Below, piece by piece: positions 62,702 through 64,000 of a DNA stretch of 64,000 nt. The stretch lies in NCBI GenBank assembly GCA_965197745.1, contig CBDANS010000007.1, forward strand, positions 640,001-704,000. Reading direction: 5' to 3'. Origin of the DNA: Opitutales bacterium (GTDB lineage: Bacteria > Verrucomicrobiota > Verrucomicrobiia > Opitutales > PNEW01). Position 1 is the stretch's first letter; every line of letters begins with the position of its first letter. A model generated the notes under the pieces. It saw only the letters and a program-made list of their open reading frames with translations, was not told the DNA's origin and did not search any database. The translations under genes were made by a program, and so were the position numbers.

Positions 62702-64000
62702 ATGATGAAAATCCTGGTCGCAGATAAAATATCTTCTTCGGGTTTAGAATACCTGAAAAAACAGCCTGATTTCGTGATCGTGGAATCCTATGATTCCACG
62801 CCTGAAGCGTTAATTGAACGGGTTGGCGGCGTTGTTGCAATCATTGTGCGCAGTGAAACAAATATAACCGCTGAGGTAATCGAAAAATCACCCCAACTGA
62901 TTGCCATTGGACGCGCTGGTGTGGGGGTGGATAATATAGATGTAGAGGCGGCGACGCAACGGGGGATAATCGTCATGAATACTCCCGCAGGCAATACCCT
63001 GGCTACCGCCGAGTTGACTTTTTCCCATATTCTCTGCGCCGCACGTCCAATCGTTCAGGCACATGCTTCGATGACGGAGGGTAATTGGGAACGCCGGAAA
63101 TTTGCCGGGAGTGAATTGTCCAAAAAGACCTTAGGTGTTATTGGCTTAGGTCGCATTGGTGCAGAAGTCACTAAACGAGCTCAAGCTTTTGCCATGCGGG
63201 TGATAGCTTTTGACCCTTATCTAACCAGTGAACGTGCCGAGGCTCTGGAAATTGAGCTGGTAGATTTCGATTCGCTTCTCAGCCAATCGGATTTTATCAG
63301 CATGCATACCCCTTTGACTGATGACACGCATTATTTGATCGATGCGAGCGCATTCGCGAAAATGAAGGATGGGGTTCGTATTCACAACTGTGCTCGAGGG
63401 GGATTGATAAATGAAGATGATTTGATAGAGGCGCTCAACAGCGGAAAAGTGGCTGCTGCCGGTTTAGATGTTTTTGAGGATGAGCCACTGAAGAAATCCA
63501 GTGAGCTTCGAAATTTACCTAACGTTGTGTTGACGCCCCATCTCGGCGCCTCGACGGAAGAGGCGCAGGAAAGTGTCGGGCTGGAAATAGCTCAAGTGCT
63601 TACTGAAGTCCTTCAAGGAGGGATAATCAACAATGCGGTTAATATGCCCACTGTCGATGCACGCACTTTAAGAATTCTCCGACCCTACATTGTGCTCGGG
63701 GAGAAGCTTGCGACCATCCTGCAACAGATTGTCCCACCCCAGATAGATAAGCTTAAAATCACTTATTGGGGCAATATAGTTGAACTCGATGCCATGCCCT
63801 TAACGCGTGGAATTCAACGGGGTTATCTTCTGAAAATTAGTGGTGACGAAGTGAATGATGTTAACGCCCCTTCAATCATGAAAGGTCTTGGGATTGAGGT
63901 AGAAGTCATAAAATCAAACACCGAGAGTGGTTATACTGAGCTTATCAGGATTGATGCGATCAGTTCGAAGGGCGATAATTATAATATTGAAGGCACGCTC
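62702..64000 (+). CDS. serA: D-3-phosphoglycerate dehydrogenase (partial, runs off the window end; absent from the ORF track)
   Basis: MMKILVADKIS..., IGRAGVGVDNID, NTPAGN, GLGRIG, NCARGG, TPHLGAST. Confidence 0.95.
   Translation, partial: MMKILVADKISSSGLEYLKKQPDFVIVESYDSTPEALIERVGGVVAIIVRSETNITAEVIEKSPQLIAIGRAGVGVDNIDVEAATQRGIIVMNTPAGNTLATAELTFSHILCAARPIVQAHASMTEGNWERRKFAGSELSKKTLGVIGLGRIGAEVTKRAQAFAMRVIAFDPYLTSERAEALEIELVDFDSLLSQSDFISMHTPLTDDTHYLIDASAFAKMKDGVRIHNCARGGLINEDDLIEALNSGKVAAAGLDVFEDEPLKKSSELRNLPNVVLTPHLGASTEEAQESVGLEIAQVLTEVLQGGIINNAVNMPTVDARTLRILRPYIVLGEKLATILQQIVPPQIDKLKITYWGNIVELDAMPLTRGIQRGYLLKISGDEVNDVNAPSIMKGLGIEVEVIKSNTESGYTELIRIDAISSKGDNYNIEGTL

Overview
Bacterial chromosomal window. 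Gene content and style suggest Verrucomicrobiota/Opitutae, but this is an inference. It is mostly housekeeping genes (cysI, rpiB, lptF, xseB, hemW, cysE, trxB, asd, ilvH/ilvC, hemC, cobA-hemD, trpF, rho, menA, trxA, scpA, lptD, glgB, tig-clpP-clpX, hisA, partial serA) plus one tRNA-Val(TAC). After the tRNA comes an accessory block of two-component regulators and pseudopilin-like genes, and a second prepilin cluster lies at 39.8-43.3 kb. There are three IS elements (IS110, IS3, IS1595) and several families of palindromic intergenic repeats. The standout is a complete IS110 element (18018-19264, minus strand). Its noncoding left end folds into a full bridge-RNA architecture, and all four guide segments can be matched directly to its own insertion target (TCTGCCT-CT-TCGTC) and donor junction (ACAATTG-CT-TGTA). 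The target is a dispersed genomic (TTCGTC)n repeat family with several near-copies in this window. Also notable are two related 32-43 nt micro-insertions that disable the IS3 transposase, and an IS1595 element with an exact 8-bp TSD carrying passenger ORFs. Several frameshifts fall in short homopolymers and may be sequencing errors. All alignments and folds were done by eye.
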